Shown here piece after piece: positions 22,599-33,009 of a DNA stretch of 64,000 bases (the first letter of the stretch is position 1; every line of letters starts with the position of its first letter). Made by a program: the position numbers and the translations under genes. Origin of the DNA: Patescibacteria group bacterium (GTDB taxonomy: Bacteria > Patescibacteriota > Saccharimonadia > UBA4664 > SCTI01); assembly GCA_004297735.1 (NCBI GenBank), contig SCTI01000001.1, positions 115,467 to 179,466 of the forward strand. Reading direction: 5' to 3'. The notes beneath the pieces were generated by a model, which was given only the letters and a program-made list of their open reading frames with translations, was not told the DNA's origin and did no database searches.

Positions 22599-23807
22599 AT
22601 GAGTTTGTTTGCCAAAAATACGTCGCCACTTGCCGATCGGATGCGCCCCTCGAGCCTTGACGAGGTGGTGGGGCAGGACCATGTGGTCGGCCCCGATGGG
22701 TTGTTGCGACAGATGCTTGAGTCCGGCAAAATTGGCTCGCTTATCTTGTGGGGGCCTCCAGGAACCGGCAAAACAACCTTGGCCCGCATTATGGCGGCTC
22801 ACGAGGGGTACGCTTTTGAGGAGCTTTCGGCGGTAACCTCCGGCCTGCCCGAGGTCCGCAAGGTCATGGAGCGGGCTCGCCAGCGGCAGGCGATGGGGCA
22901 GTCAACCATTCTGTTCGTGGATGAGATCCACCGTTTCAATAAGGCCCAGCAAGATGCTTTTTTGCCGCACATTGAAGACGGCACAATTATTTTAATTGGG
23001 GCCACCACCGAAAACCCATCGTTTGAGGTTATTTCACCACTGCTTTCACGCGCGCGAGTGGTGGTATTAAAGTCGCTAACTAAAGATCAGCTTGAGTTGC
23101 TACTCGACCGCGCCGCCGATAACCTTGAGGGCGCAACCGTCACGCCGGAAGCAGTTGAGTTATTGGCTGAACTGGCGGCGGGAGATGCTAGGGTCGCATT
23201 AGGTGGGCTGGAGGCGGCTGCCACCCTAGAGCCAAAGGTAACGCCTGCTACCGTGCGCAACGCCATGCAAAAAACTAGCTTGCGCTACGACAAGGGTGGG
23301 GAGTTCCATTACAATTTAATATCGGCCTATATTAAATCGATGCGCGGAGGCGCGATTGATGCGGCCTTATTTTACCTAGCTCGCATGTTGGAGGCGGGCG
23401 AGGATCCAAAGTTTATTGCGCGCCGAATTGTCATATTTGCCTCCGAAGACATTGGTCTGGCCGACAACAACATGCTCTTACTGGCAACATCGACTTTTCA
23501 GGCAATTGAGCGAATTGGCATGCCGGAAGGTCGTATTATCTTGAGTCAGGCCACCATCGCTATGTGCCAAGCGCCTAAAAATCGTGACGCTTATAACGCT
23601 ATTGGTGCGGCTAGCCAGGCGGTTCGTCAACATCCTGCCGCCGAGCCACCAGCGCACTTACGCAACGCCCCAACCAAGCTAATGAAGGAGTTGGGGTATG
23701 GCAAAGAAACAAAATGGGAGCCTGGATTTAAGCACCCCAAGGGTTTTATGCCCGAAGGCTTAGATGACCTTACGCTATATTCGCCGGATAACACTAGTAA
23801 GCATTAG
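22599..23807 (+). CDS. rarA: replication-associated recombination AAA+ ATPase
   Basis: PLADRMRP, GPPGTGKTT, DEIHRFNKAQQD, ASEDIGLAD. Confidence 0.95.
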   Translation: MSLFAKNTSPLADRMRPSSLDEVVGQDHVVGPDGLLRQMLESGKIGSLILWGPPGTGKTTLARIMAAHEGYAFEELSAVTSGLPEVRKVMERARQRQAMGQSTILFVDEIHRFNKAQQDAFLPHIEDGTIILIGATTENPSFEVISPLLSRARVVVLKSLTKDQLELLLDRAADNLEGATVTPEAVELLAELAAGDARVALGGLEAAATLEPKVTPATVRNAMQKTSLRYDKGGEFHYNLISAYIKSMRGGAIDAALFYLARMLEAGEDPKFIARRIVIFASEDIGLADNNMLLLATSTFQAIERIGMPEGRIILSQATIAMCQAPKNRDAYNAIGAASQAVRQHPAAEPPAHLRNAPTKLMKELGYGKETKWEPGFKHPKGFMPEGLDDLTLYSPDNTSKH

Positions 23808-23830
23808 AGTTTTGAGGTATATTCTGAGGC

Positions 23831-24082
23831 ATGGCTCGAACTATTAAGTCGACAAACACAGAGTACGACAGCGTTTATTTTTTGAAGGTGTTGTTGTATC
23901 TAGTTTTGGCAACAACCTGGCTAGCCCCTTCTGGCCATCGCTATGTACCGGTTGGCCTTATTATTGGTGTGATTATAGTTCAGCACGAACGCTTCCAGAT
24001 TGATCGAAAGATAGAATATGCGGTGATGTTGGTTGGAGCGGTGCTTGGTTTGGTGGGTATTGGTATTACTATTTCGATTTAG
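23831..24082 (+). CDS. small hypothetical membrane protein
   Basis: Three hydrophobic segments, HERFQIDRKIEYA motif. Confidence 0.65.
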   Translation: MARTIKSTNTEYDSVYFLKVLLYLVLATTWLAPSGHRYVPVGLIIGVIIVQHERFQIDRKIEYAVMLVGAVLGLVGIGITISI

Positions 24083-24158
24083 CCCCACCTCCTTATTGCC
24101 CTTACGCTTACATCCAGCTACAATAAGTAACAAGTTAAGTGTGAGTTAATTAGCATTC

Positions 24159-26432
24159 ATGGCCCGTCTCCCAACAATAGGAAGCGATAACGGTAATTGG
24201 GGAGCTATCCTCAATGACTACTTGTCTCAAGAACTAAACTCAGATGGCTCCCTTAAGATCCGTACCGATGGCACACTATCCTCAGCTGTAGCTGACGGTT
24301 CCATTACAGCCTCTAAACTCTCACCCACCGTTAACAACTATCTAGCTTCCGCCCAAACTGCTGTACAGAGTGTTAACGGTAAGGCTGGTACCGCTGTAAC
24401 TCTAGCTGCCGCAGATATCTCGGGCGTGGTACCCTCCACTCAGTTAGGAGCAGCCTCCGGCGTAGCCACCTTAGACGGCTCAAGCAAGCTTACTAGTAGT
24501 CAAATACCAGCAACGGTGTCGACAGCGAGTGGTGGCAGTGACGGCCAGATTTCGGTAGTTTCAGGTGGTTTGTTCACGCTCAAGGACCCTTCGGTAATAG
24601 ATATAACAATGCCGCCATACAACGCCGACCCAACCGGCACTACTGATGCTTCAGCAGAGTTTCAGGCTGCAATAAATGCACTTTATTCAGCCGGCGGCGG
24701 CACTATATACGCCCCAACCGGCACGTACTTATTTTCTAATACGCAAATGTCATGGCGGACCAAAGTATCTTTAAGGGGTGATGGACCTGGGCAAACTATT
24801 TTTAAAATGGTTGGCTGGGGAGGGTCATTAATTGAAAAGGGCAATAGCTATGCTTCGCCAATGAAGGATTGTACGTTCTCCGACTTTGAGGTTGATGGCT
24901 CACTTATTGATGGTCGAGTTTGTTCTGCGACAAATGGTTCAGCGACGATTACGAGCGCTGGGCATGGATTGAGCAACGGTGACGCTGTTCGCTGGGCAAG
25001 CGGTCTTGCTCCTACCAACTTCACCGCACTTACAACAGCGTATTATGTTGTCAACAAGACAACCGATACATTCCAGCTGTCGGCGACACTTAACGGTGCG
25101 GCAATTAACGCTGGGTCAACTGGCGGTGCATATAAAACCTTTACGACAGCAAAGGCAATCTATACCACATATAACGTCCGTAACCGTTACGTTAACCTGT
25201 ATGTTCACGACACCACTGCAACCGGCCTGGGAGTCGATTTTCTTGTCGATTGCGCTTTTGACCGGTGCGTTGTCGAAAATGCCGGGCGCGACTCAGGCGG
25301 GAGCCTATTGGGCTCTTCGGGGATTGGCATTGGCACCGGAGCTTGGGATGTCGAAAGCACCACTATTACCGACTGCATAATTCGTAGCAGCGCACGTAAT
25401 GGAATATTTTTCGAAAGGCAGGCCACATTGCCTAACGGTGGAGGGTCGGGCGGAACCCCATATTATAGCCGCGGAGCCATAGTCCATGGTAATACAATCA
25501 TTGCTTGCAAGTATGGTATTGCGGATAACGGAATAGAAGGGGCCCAAATTTGGGGTAATAGGATCGAAGACAGCACCTCCTACGGTTTTTATGTTGGTGC
25601 CGGGAACGCGGGCACAGCAGGGCGCAAGGGTAAGTTTTTTAAGAACATTGTTAAAAACTCTACCAGTTATGGTATTTACCTTGATGCCAGTACGACAACA
25701 TTGTCTGGCTATGAGATCAGTTCGAATGACGTTTATGAAAACGATATTGGAATTAAGGTCGCGTCGTCTGCGGCTGTACCGGAGCTAATTATTACCGATA
25801 ATGATGTTCGCAGTAACGAACGGCAGGGTATGCACGGTGGTGGTTCCGGAGCACTTACCGACGCTACCGTTATTGGCAACAGGTTTTTTAATAACGGCAC
25901 CGTTACCACCAATGCCGGTCTGGAACTAACAATGGACCTAACCCGATGTCGTATAAATCGCAATCGTGCGTTTGACAACCAGGGCGTAAAGACGCAGAGT
26001 ACGGGGGTTATTTTATCGGGCACCAATATTGCTGGGGGTGAGATCATGGATAATGATGTTATAGGTAACTCGGGGACAGGTTTAAGCATCACCAATGATA
26101 CTCAGAGCGGGTGTCTGGTTCGTCGAAATCGAGGCGCAACAACGTATCGCCAGGCTACCGCTACATCAGCGACGATGCGCCTAAACGCCGAAGTGCTTGC
26201 CGTAACCGACACATCGGCATTGCGTACCATTACTCTTCCTGGTGCTTCGGGTTTGCCGGTTGGTTCGCGAATTACGGTAAAGGACGAAAGTAATGCAGCT
26301 GGAACCAACAATATTACAATTCAGCGTGCTGGTTCGGATACGATTGATGGATCGACATCGACTACCATATCGACCAACAGTGGTTCGAAGTCATTTTATA
26401 CCGATGGATCCACTAAGTGGTTTAGCGTCTAA
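24159..26432 (+). CDS. tailspike-like right-handed beta-helix (pectate-lyase-fold) protein
   Basis: YNADPTGTTDASAEFQAAIN...GGGTIYAPTGTY start of pectate-lyase-3 fold, parallel beta-helix repeats; N-terminus shared with 3871-6837. Confidence 0.8.
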   Translation: MARLPTIGSDNGNWGAILNDYLSQELNSDGSLKIRTDGTLSSAVADGSITASKLSPTVNNYLASAQTAVQSVNGKAGTAVTLAAADISGVVPSTQLGAASGVATLDGSSKLTSSQIPATVSTASGGSDGQISVVSGGLFTLKDPSVIDITMPPYNADPTGTTDASAEFQAAINALYSAGGGTIYAPTGTYLFSNTQMSWRTKVSLRGDGPGQTIFKMVGWGGSLIEKGNSYASPMKDCTFSDFEVDGSLIDGRVCSATNGSATITSAGHGLSNGDAVRWASGLAPTNFTALTTAYYVVNKTTDTFQLSATLNGAAINAGSTGGAYKTFTTAKAIYTTYNVRNRYVNLYVHDTTATGLGVDFLVDCAFDRCVVENAGRDSGGSLLGSSGIGIGTGAWDVESTTITDCIIRSSARNGIFFERQATLPNGGGSGGTPYYSRGAIVHGNTIIACKYGIADNGIEGAQIWGNRIEDSTSYGFYVGAGNAGTAGRKGKFFKNIVKNSTSYGIYLDASTTTLSGYEISSNDVYENDIGIKVASSAAVPELIITDNDVRSNERQGMHGGGSGALTDATVIGNRFFNNGTVTTNAGLELTMDLTRCRINRNRAFDNQGVKTQSTGVILSGTNIAGGEIMDNDVIGNSGTGLSITNDTQSGCLVRRNRGATTYRQATATSATMRLNAEVLAVTDTSALRTITLPGASGLPVGSRITVKDESNAAGTNNITIQRAGSDTIDGSTSTTISTNSGSKSFYTDGSTKWFSV

Positions 26433-26450
26433 CAATACAAACGTTACCTG

Positions 26451-26580
26451 TTGACACCTGATGGTTTTTACTGATATAGTTGTCGGGTAACTTTAGCTCA
26501 ATGTATTGGGAGCTATCCGCTAGGAGATGAGCAGGTCTGCACTTAGCAGAAACCGTTCAGATCCTAGAATTATTTTTTGT
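26451..26580 (+). promoter_or_regulatory. promoter and structured 5' leader of the rplC operon
   Basis: TTGACA-N18-TATAGT; hairpins 26494-26515 and 26520-26567 followed by a T tract. Confidence 0.6.
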
Positions 26581-26592
26581 TTAAGGAACGTA

Positions 26593-27240
26593 ATGAAAGC
26601 ACTGCTTGGCCGAAAACTTGGTATGACTCAACTGTTTGATGAAAACGGTACGGTTTCGCGTGTCACCATCGTGGAGACTGGCCCTTGCGTGATTACTCAA
26701 GTAAAAACCGGTGCTCGTGATGGCTACAGCGCAGTACAGCTTGGCTTTGGTAGTGACAAGCATCCATCCAAGCCGTTAGCCGGCCACGCTAGCGTTGACG
26801 GTATTACTCCTAAGCACTTTAGAGAGGTTCGCATGGACCAAGACGTAGCCGACATCGAGGCGGTGGAAGGTGACGAAGCCAAGACTCAGGTTAAGGTTGG
26901 TGCCAAGTTGGACGTGACTACCTTTGAGGTCGGAGATGCGGTAGAGGTAACCGGCACCAGCAAGGGCAAGGGATTTGCCGGCACCATTAAGCGTCACAAC
27001 TTTCACCGCGGGCCAATGAGTCACGGTTCGCACAACCACCGCGCACCGGGTTCGATTGGGGCGATGTACCCACAGCACGTATTTAAGGGCATTAAGATGG
27101 CCGGCCAGATGGGTGGCGACAAGGTGACAACCAAGGGTCTTAAGATCGTCCAGGTTGACGCCGAAAACAACCTGCTGGCAATTAGCGGCGCAATCCCCGG
27201 TCCGCGCAAGGGCATCGTAATGATTCGAGGAGCCAAGTAA
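26593..27240 (+). CDS. rplC: 50S ribosomal protein L3
   Basis: MKALLGRKLGMTQ, SKGKGFAG; start set at ATG 26593. Confidence 0.98.
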   Translation: MKALLGRKLGMTQLFDENGTVSRVTIVETGPCVITQVKTGARDGYSAVQLGFGSDKHPSKPLAGHASVDGITPKHFREVRMDQDVADIEAVEGDEAKTQVKVGAKLDVTTFEVGDAVEVTGTSKGKGFAGTIKRHNFHRGPMSHGSHNHRAPGSIGAMYPQHVFKGIKMAGQMGGDKVTTKGLKIVQVDAENNLLAISGAIPGPRKGIVMIRGAK

Positions 27241-27878
27241 TGGCACAAGCGGTATTATATTCAAAAACCGGCTCCAAAAAGGAGACCCCAGTTAAGCTGA
27301 GCGCAAAGGTGTTTGGCGCCGAAGTTAACCACGACTTGGTTGATCTGGCTTATCGCGCCTACCTGGCTAACGGCCGCACCGGCTCCGCTCAAACCCTGAG
27401 CCGCGGCATGGTTCGTGGTGGTGGCCGCAAGCCTTGGCGCCAGAAGGGAACCGGGCGAGCTCGCGCCGGCTCAACCCGCCTGCCGCATTGGACCGGCGGT
27501 GGAGTGGCTTTTGGTCCAACCGGTAACGAAAACTACCGCATTGATCTGCCAGTTAAGGCTAAGCGTTCGGCGATTCGTCAGGCACTAAGTTTGGCGGCTA
27601 AGGCTAAAAAGGTGTCGGTAATTGAGGCGTTTGACGGTGGCGATGGTAAGGCTAAGCCGACCGCTGCACTGCTTGATAAGCTTGGTCTAGAAGGAAGAGT
27701 GGTCCTGGTTGTCGCCAATAAGACCGAAGTTATTGATCGAGCTACTCGCAACCTGCCGGGTCTTACAGTAGTAACCGCAACCTACTTAAACGTGTTTACC
27801 ATTGTTAACGCCGACCACGTACTAATGACCAGCGAGGCCGAGCAGGCGGTAACCAAATGGCTGGAGGGCGCAGCATGA
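27240..27878 (+). CDS. rplD: 50S ribosomal protein L4
   Basis: [14 protein letters not shown]. Confidence 0.98.
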   Translation: MAQAVLYSKTGSKKETPVKLSAKVFGAEVNHDLVDLAYRAYLANGRTGSAQTLSRGMVRGGGRKPWRQKGTGRARAGSTRLPHWTGGGVAFGPTGNENYRIDLPVKAKRSAIRQALSLAAKAKKVSVIEAFDGGDGKAKPTAALLDKLGLEGRVVLVVANKTEVIDRATRNLPGLTVVTATYLNVFTIVNADHVLMTSEAEQAVTKWLEGAA

Positions 27879-28165
27879 GTCAGGTAGTTCTTATCCCTCA
27901 TATCAGCGAAAAGGCAATTGCCCTGGCCGATACCGGCACCTATGTGTTCCAGGTACCGACCAGCTCAAACAAGATTGAGATTGCTAAAACGGTGGAGCAG
28001 ACCTTTAAGGTTAAGGTGGTCAAAGTAACCACCATGATTACTAAGGGCAAGCAAGTTTCTCGTCGCTATGGCAAGCATGCTGGTAGTCGCAAGGAGGTTA
28101 AGAAGGCTTTAGTTACCCTTAAAAAGGGCGACAGCATTAAGCTGTTCGAAGAGGGGGCTAAGTAA
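27875..28165 (+). CDS. rplW: 50S ribosomal protein L23
   Basis: SEKA...YVFQV...NKIEI...KKALVTL; ATGA overlap. Confidence 0.96.
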   Translation: MSQVVLIPHISEKAIALADTGTYVFQVPTSSNKIEIAKTVEQTFKVKVVKVTTMITKGKQVSRRYGKHAGSRKEVKKALVTLKKGDSIKLFEEGAK

Positions 28166-29007
28166 TGGCAGTTCGTTTATATAAGCCAACCACTCCAGCT
28201 CGCCGTGGCATGACCACCGCCGATACCGCTGCTTTAACCAAAAAGAAGCCAGAAAAATACCTGCTGGTTGCTCGCACCGCTCGGGCCGGGCGCAACAACC
28301 AAGGTAAGATCACCATTCGCCACCGAGGTGGAGCGGTTAAGCGCCACTACCGACTGGTTGATTTTGCGATCGAGCCTGGTTTTAAGGGTAAGATTGTTGC
28401 TCTCGAATATGATCCAAACCGTACCGCTCACCTGGCGCTGGTTGAGCTCGAAAAGGGCGGCAAGGCTTACATTTTAGCTGGTAGCGGCATGAAGGTTGGC
28501 CAAATTGTAGAAAGCGGCGCCGAATCGGAGATTCGTCGTGGCAACCGGTTGCCTTTGGCTAAAATTCCTCTAGGTACTCAGATTTATAACGTCGAGTTGG
28601 TACTCGGTAAGGGTGGTCAGTTAGCCCGCAGCGCTGGCACCAAGGCCTATTTGGTGGCTAAAGAGGGTGAGTTCTGTCAGGTCCGTTTGCCGAGCGGCGA
28701 GGTTCGCCTGGTTCACCAAAATTGCATGGCCACCATTGGAGTGGTCGGCAATGAAGCTCACCAAAACATTAAATATGGTAGCGCTGGCCGCCGCCGCCGC
28801 TTAGGGTGGCGACCTCAGGTTCGTGGTAAGGCTATGAACCCAGTGGATCACCCACACGGTGGTGGTGAGGGTGGTACCTCAACCGCTATTCATAAGTACG
28901 GTCAAAAGACTCCATGGGGCAAGCCAGCTCTAGGTCTTAAGACGCGCCGTCGTAAGCTAACCGATGCCATGATTGTGCGCGGTCGCAAGAAGGGAAGGAG
29001 ACGCTAA
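28165..29007 (+). CDS. rplB: 50S ribosomal protein L2
   Basis: EYDPNRTA, MNPVDHPHGGGEG. Confidence 0.99.
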   Translation: MAVRLYKPTTPARRGMTTADTAALTKKKPEKYLLVARTARAGRNNQGKITIRHRGGAVKRHYRLVDFAIEPGFKGKIVALEYDPNRTAHLALVELEKGGKAYILAGSGMKVGQIVESGAESEIRRGNRLPLAKIPLGTQIYNVELVLGKGGQLARSAGTKAYLVAKEGEFCQVRLPSGEVRLVHQNCMATIGVVGNEAHQNIKYGSAGRRRRLGWRPQVRGKAMNPVDHPHGGGEGGTSTAIHKYGQKTPWGKPALGLKTRRRKLTDAMIVRGRKKGRRR

Positions 29008-29283
29008 ATGAGTCGTTCACTTAAAAAAGGTCCATTTGTGGACGAAAAGTTGATGAGCAAGGTGGCCAAGCTCGGTCCCAACGATAAGACTGTGATTAAG
29101 ACCTGGGCACGCTCAAGCACTATTACCCCAGAAATGGTAGGCTTTACCTTTGCTGTGCACAATGGCAAGCAGCACACCCCAGTGTTTGTAAGTGAAAACA
29201 TGGTAGGCCACAAGCTGGGAGAGTTTTCTCCTACCCGTAAGTTCCGTGGTCACGGCGGTAAGCTAGCTAAAGGTGGCAAATAA
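29008..29283 (+). CDS. rpsS: 30S ribosomal protein S19
   Basis: [19 protein letters not shown]. Confidence 0.99.
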   Translation: MSRSLKKGPFVDEKLMSKVAKLGPNDKTVIKTWARSSTITPEMVGFTFAVHNGKQHTPVFVSENMVGHKLGEFSPTRKFRGHGGKLAKGGK

Positions 29284-29666
29284 TGAACGTTAAAGCTACA
29301 GCTAAGTACGTTCGTACCTCGCCCCGCAAGGTTGGACTGGTTGCGGCTCTGATTCGTGGCCGAAAAGCTCAGGAGGCAATGACTGTTTTGGCTAACACTC
29401 AAAAGGGTGCTGCCGATCCAGTTGGCAAGGTACTAAAGAGCGCAATTGCTAACGCCGAGAACAACCACAAGTTGTCATCTAGCGATCTGTTGATTGAATC
29501 GGTATTGGTGGGTCCAGCCGCTACGCTTAAGCGATTCCGCCCGCGAGCTCGTGGTCGGGCAGCGGCTATCCGCAAGCGCAGCAGCCACATTACCGTGGTG
29601 CTAACCGATGCCAAGGCTGCAGCTAAGCCAGCCGCCAAAACAACCGCCAAGAAGGAGGCCAAGTAA
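29283..29666 (+). CDS. rplV: 50S ribosomal protein L22
   Basis: SPRKV, SAIANAENN, PRARGRA; Lys/Ala tail. Confidence 0.98.
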   Translation: MNVKATAKYVRTSPRKVGLVAALIRGRKAQEAMTVLANTQKGAADPVGKVLKSAIANAENNHKLSSSDLLIESVLVGPAATLKRFRPRARGRAAAIRKRSSHITVVLTDAKAAAKPAAKTTAKKEAK

Positions 29667-30292
29667 TGGGTCAGAAAGTAAATCCGCGCAGTCTGCGCCT
29701 ACAGCTAGATAAGGATTGGTCTTCAAAGTGGTTTGCCTCTAAGGATTACGCCGATCGCCTGATCGAAGATGTCAACTTGCGCCGAGCTGTTGCCAAAAAG
29801 CTATCGCGTCGCGCCGGTGTGGCCCGAGTTGATATTGAGCGTTCAGCCAACCAAGTAACGGTGACCATCTACACCGCTAAGCCGGGTGTGGTGATCGGTC
29901 GCGGAGGTAGCGGTGCCGAAGAGCTTAAGAAAGAGCTCAACAAGCTAATTGGCGCACCGGTTAAGGTCAGCATTGAAGAAATTAAGCGACCAGAGACCAA
30001 TGCTAAGTTGGTAGCCGAAAACATTGCCGGTCAGCTAGAGCGCCGTATTTCGTTCCGTCGCGCCATGAAGATGGCGGTTGAAAACGCCATGAAATCGGGC
30101 GCTAAGGGCGCCAAGGTGATGGTAGCCGGTCGACTGAACGGGGCCGAGATGGGTCGCCGCGAAAAGGTAGCTCAGGGATCGATCCCGTTGCACACTTTGC
30201 GTGCCGATATTGATTACGCTCACGCTGAAGCCCGCACCACCTACGGTGTTATCGGGGTAAAGGTTTGGGTCCATAAAGGGACGAAGTTTTAG
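29666..30292 (+). CDS. rpsC: 30S ribosomal protein S3
   Basis: MGQKVNP, PLHTLRADIDY. Confidence 0.99.
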   Translation: MGQKVNPRSLRLQLDKDWSSKWFASKDYADRLIEDVNLRRAVAKKLSRRAGVARVDIERSANQVTVTIYTAKPGVVIGRGGSGAEELKKELNKLIGAPVKVSIEEIKRPETNAKLVAENIAGQLERRISFRRAMKMAVENAMKSGAKGAKVMVAGRLNGAEMGRREKVAQGSIPLHTLRADIDYAHAEARTTYGVIGVKVWVHKGTKF

Positions 30293-30301
30293 AGGTTTAT
30301 T

Positions 30302-30733
30302 ATGTTGATGCCACGTAAGACAAAATATCGAAAGCAGTTCAAGGGTCGCATCCCCAAGGGTGTGGCTACCCGCGGTACCGAATTGAGCTTTGGCCAGTTT
30401 GGCCTCAAGGCCGAAGCAACCGAGCGGATTACCTCGCGCCAGATTGAGGCTGCTCGACGCGCAATGACTCGCCACATTAAGCGTGGTGGTAAGGTTTGGA
30501 TCCGGATTTTCCCTGATCTACCGGTTACCCGCAAGCCGGCTGAGGTTAGCATGGGTAGCGGTAAGGGAGCCATTGACCACTACGTTGCTAGGGTTCGTCC
30601 TGGCCGAGTGTTGTTTGAGATGGATGGCGTTAGCGAGGAGCTGGCTCGAGAGGCGATGCGCCTAGCTGGTCGCAAGCTGCCAATTAAAACCAAGTTTATC
30701 AGTCGCCAAAGCGCGTCGGAGGCAGGTGAATAA
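30302..30733 (+). CDS. rplP: 50S ribosomal protein L16
   Basis: RQIEAAR, MGSGKG. Confidence 0.98.
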   Translation: MLMPRKTKYRKQFKGRIPKGVATRGTELSFGQFGLKAEATERITSRQIEAARRAMTRHIKRGGKVWIRIFPDLPVTRKPAEVSMGSGKGAIDHYVARVRPGRVLFEMDGVSEELAREAMRLAGRKLPIKTKFISRQSASEAGE

Positions 30734-30945
30734 TGAAGTATAAAGATTTAACCGCAAAAAGCGATAAAGAGTTGCAGAATTTGCTGCAAGATACCCGTAA
30801 GGAGTTAGCTCAGGCCGCTCAGGACCTGAGAGTTAAGCAGGTGTCTAACGTAAAGCAGATCCGAGCTCATAAAAAGACTGTGGCCAGAGTTTTGACTCTG
30901 CAACAGCAGCGCTTATTGCAGCACAAGGAGGAAGCACATGGCTAG
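30733..30945 (+). CDS. rpmC: 50S ribosomal protein L29
   Basis: Size, synteny, KKTVARVLT. Confidence 0.92.
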   Translation: MKYKDLTAKSDKELQNLLQDTRKELAQAAQDLRVKQVSNVKQIRAHKKTVARVLTLQQQRLLQHKEEAHG

Positions 30946-31189
30946 AACACTGCGAGGAACGGTTTCCTCTAATGCAATGGATAAAACGGTAGTCGTAACC
31001 GTTGAGCGGGTTAAGGAGCATCCTATTTACCGCAAGAAGTACACCGTAACCACTAAATTTAAGGCTCATGATGAAAAAAATGAGTGCCAGGTTGGTGATG
31101 TGGTCGAGATTGTTGAAACCAAGCCAATCAGCCGTGACAAGCGCTGGCAGGTTAACAGCCGGCTCGAAAAGGCTGGAGGTGCCGCATGA
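30938..31189 (+). CDS. rpsQ: 30S ribosomal protein S17
   Basis: [26 protein letters not shown]. Confidence 0.98.
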   Translation: MARTLRGTVSSNAMDKTVVVTVERVKEHPIYRKKYTVTTKFKAHDEKNECQVGDVVEIVETKPISRDKRWQVNSRLEKAGGAA

Positions 31190-31554
31190 TTCAAGCTGAA
31201 ACTCGCATGAAGGTAGCCGACAACAGCGGCGCCCGCGAGGTGTTGTGCATCAAGGTGCTGGGCGGTTCTCGCCGTCGGTACGCTGGTGTCGGTGATGTGG
31301 TTACCTGTAGCGTCAAAAGCGCCACGCCTAATGGCGGCGTCAAGAAAAAAGAGGTGGTACAGGCGGTAGTGGTTCGCACCACCAAACCAACTCGTCGACC
31401 AGACGGCTCGCAGATTCGCTTTGATGATAACGCTGTAGTGATTATCAACAAGGACAAGCAGCCACGGGCCACTCGCGTTTTTGGACCAATCGCTCGCGAG
31501 CTGCGCGAAGCCGGCTTTATGAAGATCATTTCGCTGGCTCCGGAGGTGCTCTAA
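31186..31554 (+). CDS. rplN: 50S ribosomal protein L14
   Basis: [15 protein letters not shown]. Confidence 0.99.
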   Translation: MIQAETRMKVADNSGAREVLCIKVLGGSRRRYAGVGDVVTCSVKSATPNGGVKKKEVVQAVVVRTTKPTRRPDGSQIRFDDNAVVIINKDKQPRATRVFGPIARELREAGFMKIISLAPEVL

Positions 31555-31874
31555 TGAAGATCCAGAAGAACGATCAGATTATGGTGCTAGCCGGTAAGGA
31601 TAAGGGTAAAACGGGTAAGGTGACTGCGGTTTATCCGGCCAAGGACAGTGTTTTGGTCGAAGGCATTAATGTGGTTAAGCGCCACACCAAGCCATCCAGC
31701 AAGAACCCGCAAGGCGGTATTCTGGAGATTGCTAAGCCAATCGCCGCTTCAAAAGTGATGGTGATTGATCCAACTAGCGGTATTCCAAGTCGAGTAAGTT
31801 ACACCAAGACAAAAGACGGCAAAAAGGAGCGGGCATTCAAACCCTCTCGTTACGCCAAGGTTAAGAAGGCATAG
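31554..31874 (+). CDS. rplX: 50S ribosomal protein L24
   Basis: KOW motif GKDKGKTG, VEGINVVKRH. Confidence 0.98.
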   Translation: MKIQKNDQIMVLAGKDKGKTGKVTAVYPAKDSVLVEGINVVKRHTKPSSKNPQGGILEIAKPIAASKVMVIDPTSGIPSRVSYTKTKDGKKERAFKPSRYAKVKKA

Positions 31875-31876
31875 TC

Positions 31877-32422
31877 ATGAGTAGACTAAGAGATAAGTAT
31901 TACAATCAGGTACGCCCAGAGCTGGCTAAGCAGGCTGAGTACACCAATCCCCACCAGATTCCGAAAATTGAAAAGGTGGTGGTTAACGCTGGTGTCGGTC
32001 GAGCGGTTAGTGACAGTAAGCAGTTGGAGCTGGTTGGCAGCACCTTGATCAAGGTTACCGGCCAGGCCCCGGTTCAAACTGTAGCCAAAAACTCAATCGC
32101 TGGCTTTAAGCTTCGCGATGGCAACAAGATTGGCACCATGGTGACTTTGCGCGGCGAACGAATGTATGAGTTTTTGGACCGAGTGGTCGCAATCGTGCTG
32201 CCACGAATTCGAGATTTTCGAGGTATTTCTGACACCGCTTTTGACGGTCAGGGTAACTACAGTATTGGTTTGCGCGAGCAGTCGGTATTCCCAGAGCTGA
32301 CCTTCGAAGAGACCCAGGCGACTCATGGTTTACAGATTAACATTATTACTTCTGCCCAAACCCCGGCAGAAAGTAAGCAACTGCTAACATTAATGGGGTT
32401 CCCATTTAGGAGGAAGAACTAA
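31877..32422 (+). CDS. rplE: 50S ribosomal protein L5
   Basis: [22 protein letters not shown]. Confidence 0.98.
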   Translation: MSRLRDKYYNQVRPELAKQAEYTNPHQIPKIEKVVVNAGVGRAVSDSKQLELVGSTLIKVTGQAPVQTVAKNSIAGFKLRDGNKIGTMVTLRGERMYEFLDRVVAIVLPRIRDFRGISDTAFDGQGNYSIGLREQSVFPELTFEETQATHGLQINIITSAQTPAESKQLLTLMGFPFRRKN

Positions 32423-32607
32423 TGGCGCGAAAAGCACTGGTAGTAAAGGCTCAGCGAAAGCCAAAGTACTCAACTCGCCAGGTAAATCGCTGCAAGTTAT
32501 GTGGTCGACCTCGTGGGTATATTCGCCAGTTTGGCATGTGTCGTATTTGTTTCCGCGAACATGCTAGCCGCGGGCAAATCCCTGGCATAACCAAGGCCAG
32601 TTGGTAA
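32422..32607 (+). CDS. rpsN: 30S ribosomal protein S14 (short Zn-binding type)
   Basis: 61 aa, CKLC...CRIC. Confidence 0.97.
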   Translation: MARKALVVKAQRKPKYSTRQVNRCKLCGRPRGYIRQFGMCRICFREHASRGQIPGITKASW

Positions 32608-32615
32608 GGAGAGAG

Positions 32616-33008
32616 ATGATGACAGATCCAATAGCAGACATGTTAACCCGAATTCGCAACGCCGTAGCTGCTTCACGCAGCCACGTGGTGTTGCCGCATT
32701 CCAAAATCAAGGAGGGTATTGCCCAGATCTTGAAGGACAACAACTTTGTGGCCGACTACAAGGTTGAGGACAGCAAGGGCTTTAAGACCATCTCAATTAC
32801 GCTTGCCAAGGACAACCAGTCGGTTGCAATTAGCAACCTGCAGCGAGTGTCTAAGCCAGGACGACGCGTTTACACTAGCAGCCAGGACATTCCCTTGGTG
32901 CTTGGTGGACGCGGAATGGTTATCCTGTCGACCCCTGGTGGGCTGATGACCGGCCGAGAGGCTCGCAAGCAAGGCCTTGGTGGTGAATTAATCTGTAAGG
33001 TGTGGTAA
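32616..33008 (+). CDS. rpsH: 30S ribosomal protein S8
   Basis: TDPIADMLTRIRNA, SKPGRRVY. Confidence 0.98.
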   Translation: MMTDPIADMLTRIRNAVAASRSHVVLPHSKIKEGIAQILKDNNFVADYKVEDSKGFKTISITLAKDNQSVAISNLQRVSKPGRRVYTSSQDIPLVLGGRGMVILSTPGGLMTGREARKQGLGGELICKVW

Positions 33009-33009
33009 G

